From Neoconidiobolus thromboides FSU 785 (lineage: Eukaryota > Fungi > Entomophthoromycota): a stretch of 64,000 bases of DNA. The DNA lies in the NCBI GenBank assembly GCA_025603075.1, contig MU626377.1, positions 1-64,000 of the forward strand, given 5' to 3'. The number at the start of each line of letters is the position of its first letter. Positions within the stretch are counted from its first letter, which is position 1. Below are positions 12,769 through 25,352 of this stretch, piece after piece. A program made the translations under genes and the position numbers. The notes beneath the pieces are model-generated. The model did not search any database. It saw only the letters and a list, made by a program, of their open reading frames with translations, and was not told the origin of the DNA.

Positions 12769-12907
12769 ATAGAATACCATATAAATTTAAACTATTATCT
12801 TCAACACATAAGTTTAGAGTAAATTCTTTGGATTGATTTTTTTCTAATTTTCTTTTCTTAATTCCCTTTTTAGTTGGGGTTTTTGATTTTACTCCGTGTT
12901 TAGTCAT
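8411..12907 (-). CDS. SCC3: Cohesin subunit Scc3/STAG (Irr1/Psc3-like), many short introns
   Basis: Exons give RPFRITATSLAL, VFEPRYRDIDNNIRAECASEL, YPTYFLNNEHLKYLGWLLSDK and ASNVRNEAL, matching the STAG/stromalin conserved domain. Individual exon boundaries were not all resolved. Confidence 0.88.
12091..12162. repeat. (ATT)24 microsatellite inside a SCC3 intron
   Basis: Perfect ATT run just downstream of the minus-strand GTAAAT donor. Confidence 0.95.
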
Positions 12908-13256
12908 CTTTTATTTTTTTTTCTTATTTTTACTTTATAAAAATAAATTTATATTATGATAATAAAAAAGATAAAAAGATATTTATTATTGAGAATTGAA
13001 GCCTTAAAAAAAATCAATTAAATTGTATTGAAATTTCAAGGATAGAAATCATCAGTAAAATGGAGCTTTAATTGGCTAATTGAAAGTATTAGTAAATTTG
13101 ATGATTGATTTTTGAAATGAGTTAACAATTTTCAATAAACATTCAATATAATTGGCTAAAACTAAAATATTAATATTATAATAATTTCTATTAAAAAAGC
13201 ATTGTTTCTAATCAAATTTAAACTACTCATATTTTATTATCGATATTATCACATAA

Positions 13257-15033
13257 ATGAAACCAGATATTAAAAAAGTCAAAATAATTCATCCTTTTTT
13301 TACCAAGATTAATCAACCTGTTAGTACTACTTCCAATTTATTGACTTGGGAAGAAAAACACGAACAAAGTTTATTAATTGGGTATTATAAATTTAATAAA
13401 GAAATCAAATCGAACAGTATATTGGCATTTGATTTAGATTCTACTTTAATCAAAGTTAAAGGTAATCATGTTCATGCTAAAGATGAGTTTGATTGGGAAT
13501 TTTTAATTAAAGATATTAAACAAAAGATAAAAGAAAGATTAAAAGAAGATCAATTAATGGTAATATTTTCCAATCAAAATGGTTTAGAACCAGAAAAGAT
13601 GAAGAAAAATGACAAAAGGAAAATACAATTTAAAAACAAATTAAACGCATTTACATCTCAGGTAAATTAACTATAATTATAGTTATAATTAGAATAATAA
13701 TAATATTTATAATAATAATTATAATAATAATTATTATTATTATTATAAATATTGTTATTATTAAAAGTTAAGTTTTTTGGTATTAACTTATTTTTATTAT
13801 TATATAATAGTTAAATATACCAATGATAATTTTAGCAGCTACAAAAAAAGATCAGTATCGTAAACCTTTAATTGGGATGTGGAATGTATTATGTGAGATC
13901 TTAAATTATGAACCTGATAAAAATCAAAGTAGTTATATTGGTGATGCTGCAGGAAGAAAAAAACAAGGGAAATTAGCTAATAGAAAAGATTTTGCTGATA
14001 CAGATAGGTAATCTATTAGTTATTAATTATTTTAATTAAGAAGTTAATTTATTTGATTTTTTTAATTATTAACATTTGAATATAGGAAATTTGCTTTAAA
14101 TTTAAATCTTGATTTTTTTACACCTGAAGAATATTTTTTAAATATTCAAAAAGAAGAATTTAATTTAACTGGTTTTAATCCAAAACAATATATTAAAAAT
14201 ATTGGTAATTATAATTCTTTTTTATGTTAACTAATTAATATATATATACTCATAATAATTTAATTTAATTTAATTTAGAACATATAAAAAAAGTAGAATT
14301 TAAAAAAAAGTATGAATTAGAAGTAATATTATTAGTTGGTTTACCCGGTAGTGGTAAATCGCATTTTTATCATAATATTACTAAACCTTTAGGATATGAG
14401 AGGATTAATATGGTAAACTGATAATAATAAATAATAATAAACAACATGATTAATATTATTTATTATTATTTTAGGATACTTTAAAAACTTCCAAAAAATG
14501 TACAACTAAATTAGAAGAATTATTAACTAATGCGAAATCAGCTGTTATTGGTAAGTAAAATCAAAAGCAAAGTATATTTAATAACTATAGAATAGTTACA
14601 ATAATTAATATACTTAGATAATACTAATTTGGATATTAAATCACGAGAATTATATATAACAAAAGCAAAAGAACATAAAGCTAAAATAAGAGTAATATTA
14701 TTTAATATGAACATTGATATTTGCTATCATAATAATTTATTTCGTGCTTATCATCCAACAGATAAGGTAATTAAAATGTGTTTTTATTAATATTATATTT
14801 AATATTATTATTTAATAATAATATTTGTTTTCTTATAGGATGAAATTCGAACTCCAGTACCTAAAATGGTTTATGATATTTCATTGAAAAAATATCAAGA
14901 ACCTACGTTAAGCGAAGGTATTGATGAGATTCAAAAATGGCCATTTATTCCATTGTATTTAGATAGTGAAATTGAAATATGTAATAAGCAAAGGACTCAT
15001 TATAAAAAATATTGGGAATTGTTTTATTTTTAA
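13257..15033 (+). CDS. PNK1: Polynucleotide kinase 3'-phosphatase (PNKP/Pnk1), about 7 exons
   Basis: HAD motif AFDLDSTL, IFSNQNG, RKPLIGMW, YIGDAAGRK and DFADTDRKFA, then kinase P-loop LVGLPGSGKS, VIDNTN and HNNLFR; GT-AG introns; stop at 15031-15033. Confidence 0.92.
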
Positions 15034-15126
15034 CAGAAATTAATAAATATTATTTTTATTGAAGTGTAGTACTTAGTGCAATTTTTCTGCTTATTATTGA
15101 GTGTCAAATAAACAACATATTTGCAA

Positions 15127-15214
15127 ATATGAAAATGTCCTTTTTTATTTATGAAATTTGTACCGTTTTTTATTCAATAGTACTTAAAAGATGAAAACAA
15201 AAAACACCCAATAT
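15127..15214 (+). mobile_element. MITE family M copy (degenerate, shortened)
   Basis: ATATGAAAATGTCC...TAGTACTTAAAAGATGAAAACAAAAAACACCCAATAT. Confidence 0.55.
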
Positions 15215-15356
15215 AAAAATGTTTTTTTAATTTTGATATTTTTAATAATTATTTTTAAATTTAAGTTCTAATAAAATGAACAAACTAACCCAATTAAAAC
15301 ACTACTATATTAATTTAATATACAGTCGTTTCTTCTAATTCTATTAGTAATTTAAC

Positions 15357-15459
15357 ATATAAAGGTGTTTTTTTTAGTCACCACTTTTTCCATTTTTGAG
15401 CATTATTTGAGTAGAATAATGTTAGTAAAATTCTTGAACACAAAAATACATCCCCATAT
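15357..15459 (-). mobile_element. MITE family M copy
   Basis: Ends AATACATCCCCATAT. Confidence 0.85.
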
Positions 15460-15551
15460 ATTACTTATATCAAAACCTCACATCCAATAGCTTTTAAACT
15501 TTTACAAATTTTTTATTCACTGATCTATTATACTTACCTTTTTAATTTACT

Positions 15552-15659
15552 ATTTGGGGATGTATTTTTTGTATTTAAGAATTTTACTAATAATCTTTCC
15601 ACTCAAATAGCGCTTAAAAAATGGAAAAAATGATGAAGTCAAAAAAAACATCACCATTT
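15552..15659 (+). mobile_element. MITE family M copy
   Basis: ATTTGGGGATGTATTTTT...ACATCACCATTT; about 270 bp upstream of the GST ATG. Confidence 0.85.
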
Positions 15660-15926
15660 AATCATCCTTTATAAATCTGATGGATATTAAACCAATAAGA
15701 TAGTAGTTATTTTTAAAAAATTTAATCTTAATTGCATTCTAATATAAGAGAACAAACACTACATGATTTTAAAAGAAATTACGTTTAAGGGAGAATTAAC
15801 CAGATGTTGTAATAACCAAGCGAGAAAAATGCATCATCAATTGAAATATATAAAATGAGAGAATTAAATTTTGTTTTTATTATTTTATTATTTTATTATC
15901 AACTTTAAATATATATAAAAACATTC

Positions 15927-16681
15927 ATGTCTTCGCATAACTTAACTTTATATTCTGTAGGTACCCCAAATGGTTTAAAAATCAGTGTAGCCTTAGCACT
16001 TATTGGATTAGACTATAAACTTCATCCCATTTCCTTTGCTAAAAATGAACAAAAGGAAGATTGGTTTATATCAATGAATCCAAATGGTCGTATCCCTACA
16101 GTAGTTGATCACCAAAATAAAGATTTTGTTATCTTTGAATCAGGTGCTATTTTATTATATTTAGCAGATAGATATGATCCAGAAGGAATATTAATTGCCA
16201 AAGATAAAGATATTAAAAGTCAAGTAGAACAATGGGTCATGTGGCAAATGGGTGGTTTAGGACCAATGTTGGGCCAATTAGGTTGGTTTAAGAGACAAGA
16301 AGAGAAAAATGAGATGGCAATTAAAAGATATTTGGATGAAAGTATGAGATTATTAGGTGTAAGTTTTTATTGCATATTTTCAAGCATGTGAAGTGTTTAG
16401 TAATAATTCTTTTTAGGTTTTAGAAATTCAATTAAACAAAACTAAGTATTTAGTTGGTGATCAATTAAGTATTGCTGATATTTCTAGTTTTTGTTGGTAA
16501 GTTGAATATTATTATAATAGAATATATAATAAGATATTGACTTATCTATGACTCTAGGGTCCGCTTTGCTGATAAAATGGAATTGGATTTAACCGACTTC
16601 CCTAAAGTACAAGCTTGGATTAAATTAATTGAAGAAAATCCCAAAGTACAGGAAGGTTTAAAAGCTCATGATGCTAAATAA
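15927..16681 (+). CDS. Glutathione S-transferase (Ure2/YfcG-like), 3 exons (introns 16359-16416, 16497-16557)
   Basis: [53 protein letters not shown]; introns splice in frame to ...HDAK*. Confidence 0.93.
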
Positions 16682-17790
16682 ATTTAAAATTTAAACTATA
16701 ACAAAAAATCTTTATTTTATCATATGTATATAATCATTTCGGTTTTATATTTCCATGTGGAAGATTTGATTTAGTTAAAAAGTATGTGATGTTAGAAAAT
16801 CAATCGATAAAACAAGTGAAAAAGATATCAATATCTTATAACGCATATATTAAATAATAACTATTTTATAAACAGAACAACCAAAAGCAGCAACTAGAGC
16901 TATACAAGAGACTTGAACAATAAAACGTATTATCAAGAAAATCCTTTTTTGATATAGTCAACGAATACTTTCTATAAATAAAGTGATAATATATAGTTAG
17001 CAATTCGTTTTTGATTAGGTCCATACATAAATCCCAATATCTAACCATTTTCTATCTGTCATGGCTGATTTCTTAAATAGGGAAGATAAAAAAGATAAAA
17101 ACTTAGAAAGTTCATTTTATATAGGTATCTATAGTCATCTTTTTGATTCATGATGCTCTAGAATACTTTTTGGGAATATTTTATAGAAAAAGATAAAAAG
17201 TTAATTAGCTTTATGTAAAATATTAAAAATTTTAATTGATATGTAAGGGAGTTTTGGCGAATGCTTATGTATTAAAGTGAGAAAAGTAATTTGATTTTTT
17301 GATTGAGAATTGATTTTTTAATCTAATTTGCATACATTCAATGCTCTAATTTCATTCAAAAAAAAACAGTCACTTTGGAGTTTAAATTAAAAGATTAATT
17401 GAAGCAAATTATCTTAATAATCAATATCACTAAACTTGATAGCTGAAATTTACTACATGTATATATAATAAATAATATTATCCTGGTATGAAACCAAATG
17501 TATAATTTTACATATATATAATAAATAATAAATGATAACAAAATAAAATAATATTATCCCATTTAAATTTTATGAGTCATAAAAACTAATCCCTTAAAAA
17601 AAATTAAATAAAGGATTTAAATTATATCACGCATGATAATAATCAACCATACAAAACATAGATAATGATAATAAAATTGATAAATGTTGAGTCATGTCTT
17701 ATAACACCTGTCAAAAAAATAGTATAAAAAGATATAAAAAAGCGAAATTGTTAGAAATAAAAAACAATTTAAAACTAAAATTAAATTAAA

Positions 17791-19246
17791 ATGTCCTCCA
17801 AAGGTAAAGTGTTATTAGCGTATTCTGGCGGTTTAGATACCTCTTGTATCTTAGCTTGGCTAATTGAAGAGGTAAGTTATTTTGAAAATTCACATTTTAT
17901 TTTTTCTCATATTTAATCCCACTTTACCATTAGGGCTATGAAGTATTAGCATATATGGCTGATGTTGGTCAAGAAGAAGATTTTGAAGCAGCAAAAGAAA
18001 AAGCATTATTAATAGGCGCTAAAAAAGTATTTATTGAAGTAAGAATTGATAGTATAATATTACATGATTTGTGACTTATTTAGTTTCTTTAGGATCTTAA
18101 AAAATTATTTGTAGAAGAATTAGTCTTCCCTGCTATTCAGGCAAATGCTATTTATGAAGTAATTGATTATTTTTATTATAACTATATAAATACTAACCCT
18201 CAAATTTAGGATCAATACCTATTAGGTACTTCATTAGCACGCCCAATAATTGCACGTAAACAAATAGAAATTGCCAAGAAAGAATCCTGCCAATTTGTGT
18301 CCCATGGATGTACTGGAAAAGGCAATGATCAAATTCGTTTTGAACTCGCATATTATGCACTAGAACCAAGTATTCAAGTAATTGCCCCATGGAGATTAGA
18401 AAAATTTTATACTCGCTTTCAAGGGCGTGCAGATCTATTAAATTATGCAAAAGAAAAAAGTATCCCAGTTTCCCAAACACCATCCAAACCTTGGTCTACA
18501 GATGAAAATTTATTTCATATTTCCTATGAAGCTGGTATTTTAGAAGATCCTAACATAACTCCTCCAGATGATATGTGGAAACTAACTAAATCTATTGAAG
18601 AGGCATCGGATAAACCAGATATTATTACAATTGACTTTGAAAAGGGAATTCCAAAGAAAGTTACCAATACAGAAAGTGCGGAATGTAAGAGTTTTTATTA
18701 ATGGTTTTGTTTACATTGATATTAATATTGTCATTCTTTTTATTAGCCTTTACTGATAGCTTACAATTATTCTTGTACTTAAACGAAATGGGCAAAAAGC
18801 ATGGAATTGGTCGTATTGATATAGTAGAAAATCGTTTTATTGGATTAAAATCCAGAGGATGTTATGAATCCCCAGGAGGAAGTATCTTATACAAAGCTCA
18901 TTTAGATTTAGAAGGCTTAACATTAGATCGAGAACTTCGCCAATTCAGAGATCGTTCATTAAAACCAATCATTAGTGATTTATTATATAAAGGATTTTAT
19001 TATTCTTTAGAATGGGATGCTACAATTCCATCATTACTTCAAACACAAAAATTAGTTAATGGTCAAGTAAAATTGAAGTTGTATAAAGGTAATGTTATTG
19101 TATTAGGTAGATTTTCAGAGACTACAAAATTATACGACATGGAAGAGTCTTCTATGGATGTTCATGGCGGCTTTACTCCAACCGATTCGGAAGGCTTTAT
19201 TAAAATTCAATCCATTCGTATTAAAAAATGGTTATCTCATAAATAA
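17791..19246 (+). CDS. ARG1: Argininosuccinate synthase, 5 exons
   Basis: [71 protein letters not shown]. Confidence 0.96.
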
Positions 19247-19369
19247 ATAAAAGTAATTTTTTCTATTTAAAAAACAAATCAAATAAATTTATACTTTTGT
19301 TTCAATTCCTTTAAAACCAATCTTTGAATATATATATAAAACAGTACAATATAATATATCATGTTTATT

Positions 19370-20269
19370 TTAAAAATAATTTGGGAAAAGGAATTTATAT
19401 TTTTGTCTCAATTCCTCTGATAATATATCTTTTGAAGTAAGAATTGAGTATTTCATACTTCCTTTAATATTACTTAATAATTTCTTTTCAGCACCTGTAT
19501 CCTCTAACTCTTCTTCCAAGCTTGGAATGATCTTTTCTAAGACTAATTTAGCATTCTGTGCATTTTGTTTCATTATTTTCATAACAGCTTGAACGGTCAC
19601 TGATTCTTCACTTTCCCTCCAACAATCATAATCAGTGGACATACAGATCATTTGATAGCCAATTTCAGCTTCACGTGCTAATTTAGCTTCCGGTACAACA
19701 GACATATTGATAATATCGCAACCCCAATTTCTATATAAATTAGATTCAGCTTTAGTAGAAAAAGTAGGTCCTTCAATACAAACCAAAGTTTTTCCATCAT
19801 GAAACTTAACCTCTAAGCCCTTTACCGCATTTTGAATCAATTGACTTAAACCAAGATGAAATGGTTCAGCAAACCCAGCATGAGCTACACATCCTTTTTC
19901 AAAAAAAGTGTTCTCTCTTAATCCCTTAGTACGATCAATGATCTGTTCAGGTAATACAAAATGACCTGGTGCAATTTCTTCTCTTAAAGAACCAACAGCT
20001 GAAAATGCCAAAATTACTTCAACACCTAAACTTTTTAAGGCTGATATATTGGCACGTACTGGTATTTCACTTGGGTTAATGGCGTGACTTTGTCCATGAC
20101 GAGCTAAAAAGGCAATCTTGTGGCCATGTGCGCTTTTACTAATAACGATTTTGCTGCTTGGTTTGCCCCATGGGGTGTCTGGGTAATGTTCATCAATGGG
20201 TTCAAAGCCATCAAGGTTATAGAGACCAGAACCTCCAATAATACCAATTTTAACGGGTTCAGGAGTCAT
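19370..20269 (-). CDS. MEU1: S-methyl-5'-thioadenosine phosphorylase (MTAP)
   Basis: IGIIGGSGLY, FLARHG, NISALK, EGPTFSTKAES, INMSVVPEAKLARE and STDYDCW; single exon, convergent with ARG1. Confidence 0.95.
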   Translation of the reverse strand: MTPEPVKIGIIGGSGLYNLDGFEPIDEHYPDTPWGKPSSKIVISKSAHGHKIAFLARHGQSHAINPSEIPVRANISALKSLGVEVILAFSAVGSLREEIAPGHFVLPEQIIDRTKGLRENTFFEKGCVAHAGFAEPFHLGLSQLIQNAVKGLEVKFHDGKTLVCIEGPTFSTKAESNLYRNWGCDIINMSVVPEAKLAREAEIGYQMICMSTDYDCWRESEESVTVQAVMKIMKQNAQNAKLVLEKIIPSLEEELEDTGAEKKLLSNIKGSMKYSILTSKDILSEELRQKYKFLFPNYF

Positions 20270-20524
20270 TTTGTATATATGCTATGCAAAGTGGGTAAAA
20301 TCGATTAGTTTTAGCTAAAGATATTTATTATTTTTTTACGATTCTATGGGTTTAATGTTGTCGTTTAATTTTTTTTCGATGGTGAAATTTTAACCAATTA
20401 GCTTCCTGCTTTTAGCTATTTTTTTAAATTGCTAAATTGTAAAATTTTATTTTGGCCAATTAAAACACTCTTGTTTTTATTCTCTTTGACTTATACCACC
20501 ATGAAATATGAGTTTTTTATATAT

Positions 20525-20683
20525 AAACAATTGACATACATCCTGGATGTCAACCTTTTTATAATAAACGTTATTTTTAACTGAATTATTTATATATAAC
20601 TTTAATCTTTGTTGTTTTTAAACTACCACCACTATTATATTTACTGGAGAAACAATCAAATCACTTTACAATTATCACAATAC
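20525..20683 (+). repeat. ~155-bp dispersed repeat (family R4), copy 1
   Basis: AAACAATT..ACAT..ATCCTGG.TGTCAA...ATTTACTGGA...TTACAATTATCACAATAC also occurs at 28822-28972. Confidence 0.75.
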
Positions 20684-20926
20684 TATGATATCACTTATAA
20701 TTAAAAAAAGCAAATAAGATTATAAAGTTTAGAATAGTTTTTATACTTAGTATTCATACTAAAGCTTTACTATTATAAACTAAAACGTATTGTCAAACTA
20801 CAAAAATCCAATTGAAATAGTATCATGATACTGAAAGTTACTAAAAAAGAATGGTTACTTATAAATTTTAAGACTCTATTGATTATAAAAATCAAATTTC
20901 AAGTAAAAAGACAATTCGCTACTATT

Positions 20927-21136
20927 ATATGGGGATGTATTTTTGTATTTAAGAATTTTTACTGACAATTTTTCCACGTAAATAGCGCTCAAAAAATGGA
21001 AAAATAATGAAAGTAAAAAAACAGCCCCATATAGTAATGTTTTTTTTGACTTTATCACTTTTTTTCTATTTTTAAGTGCTATTTGAGTGGAAAATTTATT
21101 AGTAAAATTCTTGAACACAAAAATACATCCTCATAC
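20927..21136. mobile_element. Tail-to-tail MITE M dimer (20927-21032 +, 21029-21136 -)
   Basis: Junction ACAGCCCC-ATAT-AGTAATGTTTT shares one ATAT. Confidence 0.85.
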
Positions 21137-22066
21137 TCTATATATATAACTATAAATATTTTACCCTGATAAATTATTCAACTACTACACATACATTCTA
21201 CTTTTACCAATTGTATAGTCTAAAGCTAAATTGTTACTACGGCTGCTTCAATAAATAATTTATATACTCATTTTAATTAAACCTAACTTATAAGATATCA
21301 CTTTTTGATCTTATAACTCAATACCATCAGTTATTATCAATTAAATAGACAAAGCTAATGTCCAAGTTCAAGTTATATGCAGGTGCTAAAATACAAACTA
21401 TATAGTTAACCACTGCACATATCAAATAAAAAATTTAGCGTTTAACTCTAAATTAATATAAAAATATAAACTATTAATTATAAAAATTACCGATAGTCAT
21501 TTCACAATTGTACTTCCACAGTTGTACATTAGCTGTGTGTTTATTTGATACAAAGCTGTACCACTATTGCAGCCTAGTTTTGCGGTATCTTTTAGAGTTA
21601 CTTGTTTGTTTGGTTTTTTAAAGCTTTGTACTTAGAGCTTGACTTGACTTTAGCTAAATTTTATTCTACAATAAAAGTTAACTAAGCCATAATAAATCTG
21701 AAATAATGTATTCAAAAATACTGATTTTATTAAAATGGCTTTATTTCCAAATATGAAACTCTTGAATCTTTTAGGAGATTGATAAAGATTAGGATTATAT
21801 ACCAATTTTAGCGGAGAATAGATATAACGTGAGTTTACTTATACTCAAGACTAAACTCACTTCCGAGTTACTTCTTGTAAAAGCTAATAGTCAAACCCAA
21901 ATGCTAACAAAACAAGGCTGTTTTTGCTTAATTTAAAATTAATCAACTAAAATTAAATAATTATAGTTGTACCTTTAAATTCATACATCAAATACTGGAC
22001 AAAAAGTGTTTTATTGAATCAATACAAATTGACCAAATAACTCAACATAAGACAATTTTCAATCAA

Positions 22067-23050
22067 ATGTTAAAAATATCAACCATTTCACTATTATTGA
22101 TTCAATGTTTCAGTAATCAAAATACAATCCAAAGTAGTAATAATGTTCAATTACCTCATGTTAAAAAGGATTCCAACTTGGTTCTTTTTATGAAAGGTCT
22201 AAAATCCATTAATAATACCTTTATATATGAAAAACCAGTTATTAATTTAGTTTTATAGTTTGCAGTTTTAGGTTCAGCACACCAGAAGAAGCCAAAGAAT
22301 CTCTAGATTTCTAGGTACAGCTTACTGTGGCAGTTTTACATTGGCCAGTTGGACCTGTGTTCATTGTAAAAAGCAGGTGATAGTATAGAAATTCAATATA
22401 TGGGGATGTTTTTTTTGGTTTCATTACTTTTTCCATTTTTTAAGCACTATTTGAGTGGAAGATCTGTTAATAAAATTCTTAAACACAAAAATACATCCCC
22501 ATATATTTGATGAACCTGTTTTTGGAGGTAGAGAATTTTGAAAACAAATTATCATGTCTTTTAGAGGTAGTTATAATTTACGAAAGTGGGATTGCTAATT
22601 TTCAGATTTTGATGAGCCTCTATTTGGTCAACAATGGTAATAATAATATTTGTATACATTCTAGTTTAAATTGTGGAAGCAACTTATTTTTATCTAAATT
22701 TAAAAATGAGTCTAGTACTTGATTAAAAACAGATAATAAGTATAAAATTGTAATTACAGATTATGCTTTAGGTGATGCGGTTGCTATTATAATTTCTATC
22801 GAACTTAAAAAATTATTAAGTTTAAATCGGGATCAAATGAAACTATTGATTCATGATAATCTTAGTTGCTCCATATCTAAAGGACCTTATTTAAGTATCA
22901 AAGACCAACTGTTTTATTATGCTAATTTTATGTATGCTGCAGCTTGTTAATATATACTCATAAAAAATGTTCGATATCAATATTAGATAAACGTCAGCTA
23001 AAACAAAATAATTACAGACATAATTTTTACTACATCTGGTTACCTTAAAA
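22067..23050 (+). pseudogene. Class 3 lipase pseudogene, copy 2, interrupted by a MITE
   Basis: Signal-like MLKISTISLLLIQCFS, GTAYCGSFTLASWTCVHCKK, KQIIMSFRG and YKIVITDYALGDAV; nucleotide homology to 4020-5130 including about 250 bp upstream; 3' end approximate. Confidence 0.75.
22398..22504 (-). mobile_element. MITE family M copy inserted in lipase coding sequence
   Basis: Perfect ATAT-GGGGATGT...ACATCCCC-ATAT; the paralogous lipase lacks it. Confidence 0.93.
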
Positions 23051-23118
23051 TAATTAAAAGATTCAATTTTTTAGTTATTTCTTCTTTGCTTATAATAATA
23101 GGTTTATTTTGGTAGTAT

Positions 23119-23225
23119 AAATGGAGATGTATTTTTGTGTTTAAGAATTTTACTAACAAATTTACCGCTTAAACAGTGCTTAAAAAATGGAAAAAGCAAT
23201 GAAGTCAAAAAAAACACTCCCAAAT
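23119..23225 (+). mobile_element. MITE family M copy
   Basis: AAATGGAGATGTATTTTT...ACACTCCCAAAT. Confidence 0.85.
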
Positions 23226-23415
23226 GTTTATTAATTTTTATGTTAAATCTTGTATATGTCTAGTAATAACGTTTTGATATTTCAATTTTTGATTTGGTTA
23301 TTATAAGAAAATTTTATTAGCTTGTTTCAATTGTTTTCTTTGAATAGTTGTGATGAGTAAAAACTAGAATTATACAAAATCAATAACTTTTATTAATACA
23401 AATAAAACTAAGCAT

Positions 23416-23517
23416 ATATGAGGATATTTTTTTGACTTCATTACTTTATCTTTTAAGTGCTATCTGAGTGGAAAAATTGTTGGTGAAATTCTTAAATACA
23501 AAAACACACTTCCGTAT
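23416..23517 (-). mobile_element. MITE family M copy
   Basis: ATATGAGGATATTTTT...ACACTTCCGTAT. Confidence 0.8.
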
Positions 23518-25352
23518 AATAAATTAAATATTTAAAACTGTTGAATTTTTATTTTACCTTGATAAACAGGAATAATATAAAAACACTATTGAAGTTTAGA
23601 GAAAAATTATTTATTCAATTTCAATCAAAACTGGCAAACCTATAAATTCATATATTACACCCCACTATATAATCCAGTGTGTTGTTGTTCCATTTATTAC
23701 AGCTTCTCGCATTAAACTTGTACTCAACCCACTCTCAACTTCATTTATTTCCTTATTCCTTGAGTGCCTGTAACTCATCTATTTAGTAGTTAAGCTCATG
23801 GTCCTAAGAATCTTATAACAAGACCTGTTGAGTTCTTTTGCGCCACTTTATATCCTTTCGAAATCTATCACCAGCAGTTTTATCTCTAATTGTGACTCTT
23901 CCTACAAAAGTTGCCCTAGGTTCTCCCTCAATCTTCGATGTTTTATTTTATTATTTTATTAAGTTCTGTAATTTTATGCTAGATAAAAAACATCAAAAGG
24001 GAAATACAAACAGTACTCTTATATTACGTTTGCAAGTTCTAATTTGACTCTACATTTTTAAAAAATTATTTATGTTTTATTATAAATATTAATGCTACTA
24101 AAAAGGAACGTAATTTAGAAACCACATTTTTTACATTTGTTGGAGCTCTATTAAGATGTAGTTAACTGCTCATTTCAGAACTAAATTTTACTAAAACCAA
24201 ACAAGTAAATAATAGCTCTAAAAATTCTGCAAATTAGGTCAAAATAGATTGCCAAATCTGTAAGAACAATTCAAAACTACTCCAAAACCATGTAAAAATT
24301 GCCATAAATTTTAAGAGAAAAAGTTAATCTATAAGATTTCGGATAAGATTTCCTTAAAATAAATTCGTAAACATCAGCCAGTATATACTAACGTTAATAC
24401 AAAAACTTATAAGTAATCTTTAAAGTCATTAAAGTTATAGATAGATAGATTCATTGATTTTAGCCTTCTCACTTAGCTTCATTTCTGTTCCATAAAAAAA
24501 GTTTAAATATATTAATACTGCTTTGTTCCGAATCAAGTATTAAGAATATATTCAACATTATAAATGCAATCCAAATTGTGATACTGCATTTGAACTTTGC
24601 CACTATTCTATCAATTCGGAAGCATATAGTGATGTATTTGTGTATTTTTTAAAAATAAATAGATTAATTACTTTCCAATAGCAGCACTATTTCCCAATCT
24701 TATGAGTATCCTTTTTAAAGTGACATAGTCAAGTATAAATTAAAAGTAAACACAATACTTAGCTTCATTGACAAAAGTTCAAAACTATAGTTAAGATTTC
24801 GATATATTGAGATATTAGTCTCTAAATAAACTAATAATGATTGATGTAGCTTAATATTTCGCCTTGCATCAAATCCAATAATTTTTCCATTTAATATGAC
24901 TAAAATAATAAACAGGTTTTTAACAATAGGAGTCCCTAAAAAAACTAATAAAGGCATCACATTGATTTAGCAATTTGCACCTGGATTTATGTTCTTTGAG
25001 TTCTATTTTAAAATTTTATCACCTAATTTATTTATAGCTTTTTTTCCATTAGACTTTATTGGCTCAAAAGAAATCCATCTTCCAATAACAATACACTGAA
25101 TATACAATTAAAATATTAACCTTTCTTCCTATATCTAAATCATAGAACATAAAAATACAATAAATGAACTCATCTTGTAGAATCTAAGAATTACTCATGG
25201 CTAAATTAACTGCTCATTTACCAGTTAATTTCAAAACCAATATTTAATTTTCTCGAATAATCAAAATATAAAAGCGTGTTCGATTGACTAAATAAATTAG
25301 TATAAATTATCGTAATAAGTCTTCAAATTTTAAAAATTTATAGTTTTTCAAA

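Noticed and set aside
18193-18483. Antisense ORFs overlapping real genes (also 20120-20308, 27693-27986, 35866-36129, 42360-42689, 43906-44100, 44682-44897, 54335-54523, 55872-56271)
   Set aside because: Shadow frames of well-supported genes, with no recognisable motifs.
23650-23945. GC-richer, coding-looking patches (also 16866-17200, 24100-25050, 34700-35090, 51351-51800, 62600-62850)
   Set aside because: Probably decayed genes, but multiple stops and no motif I can identify, so they were left unannotated.
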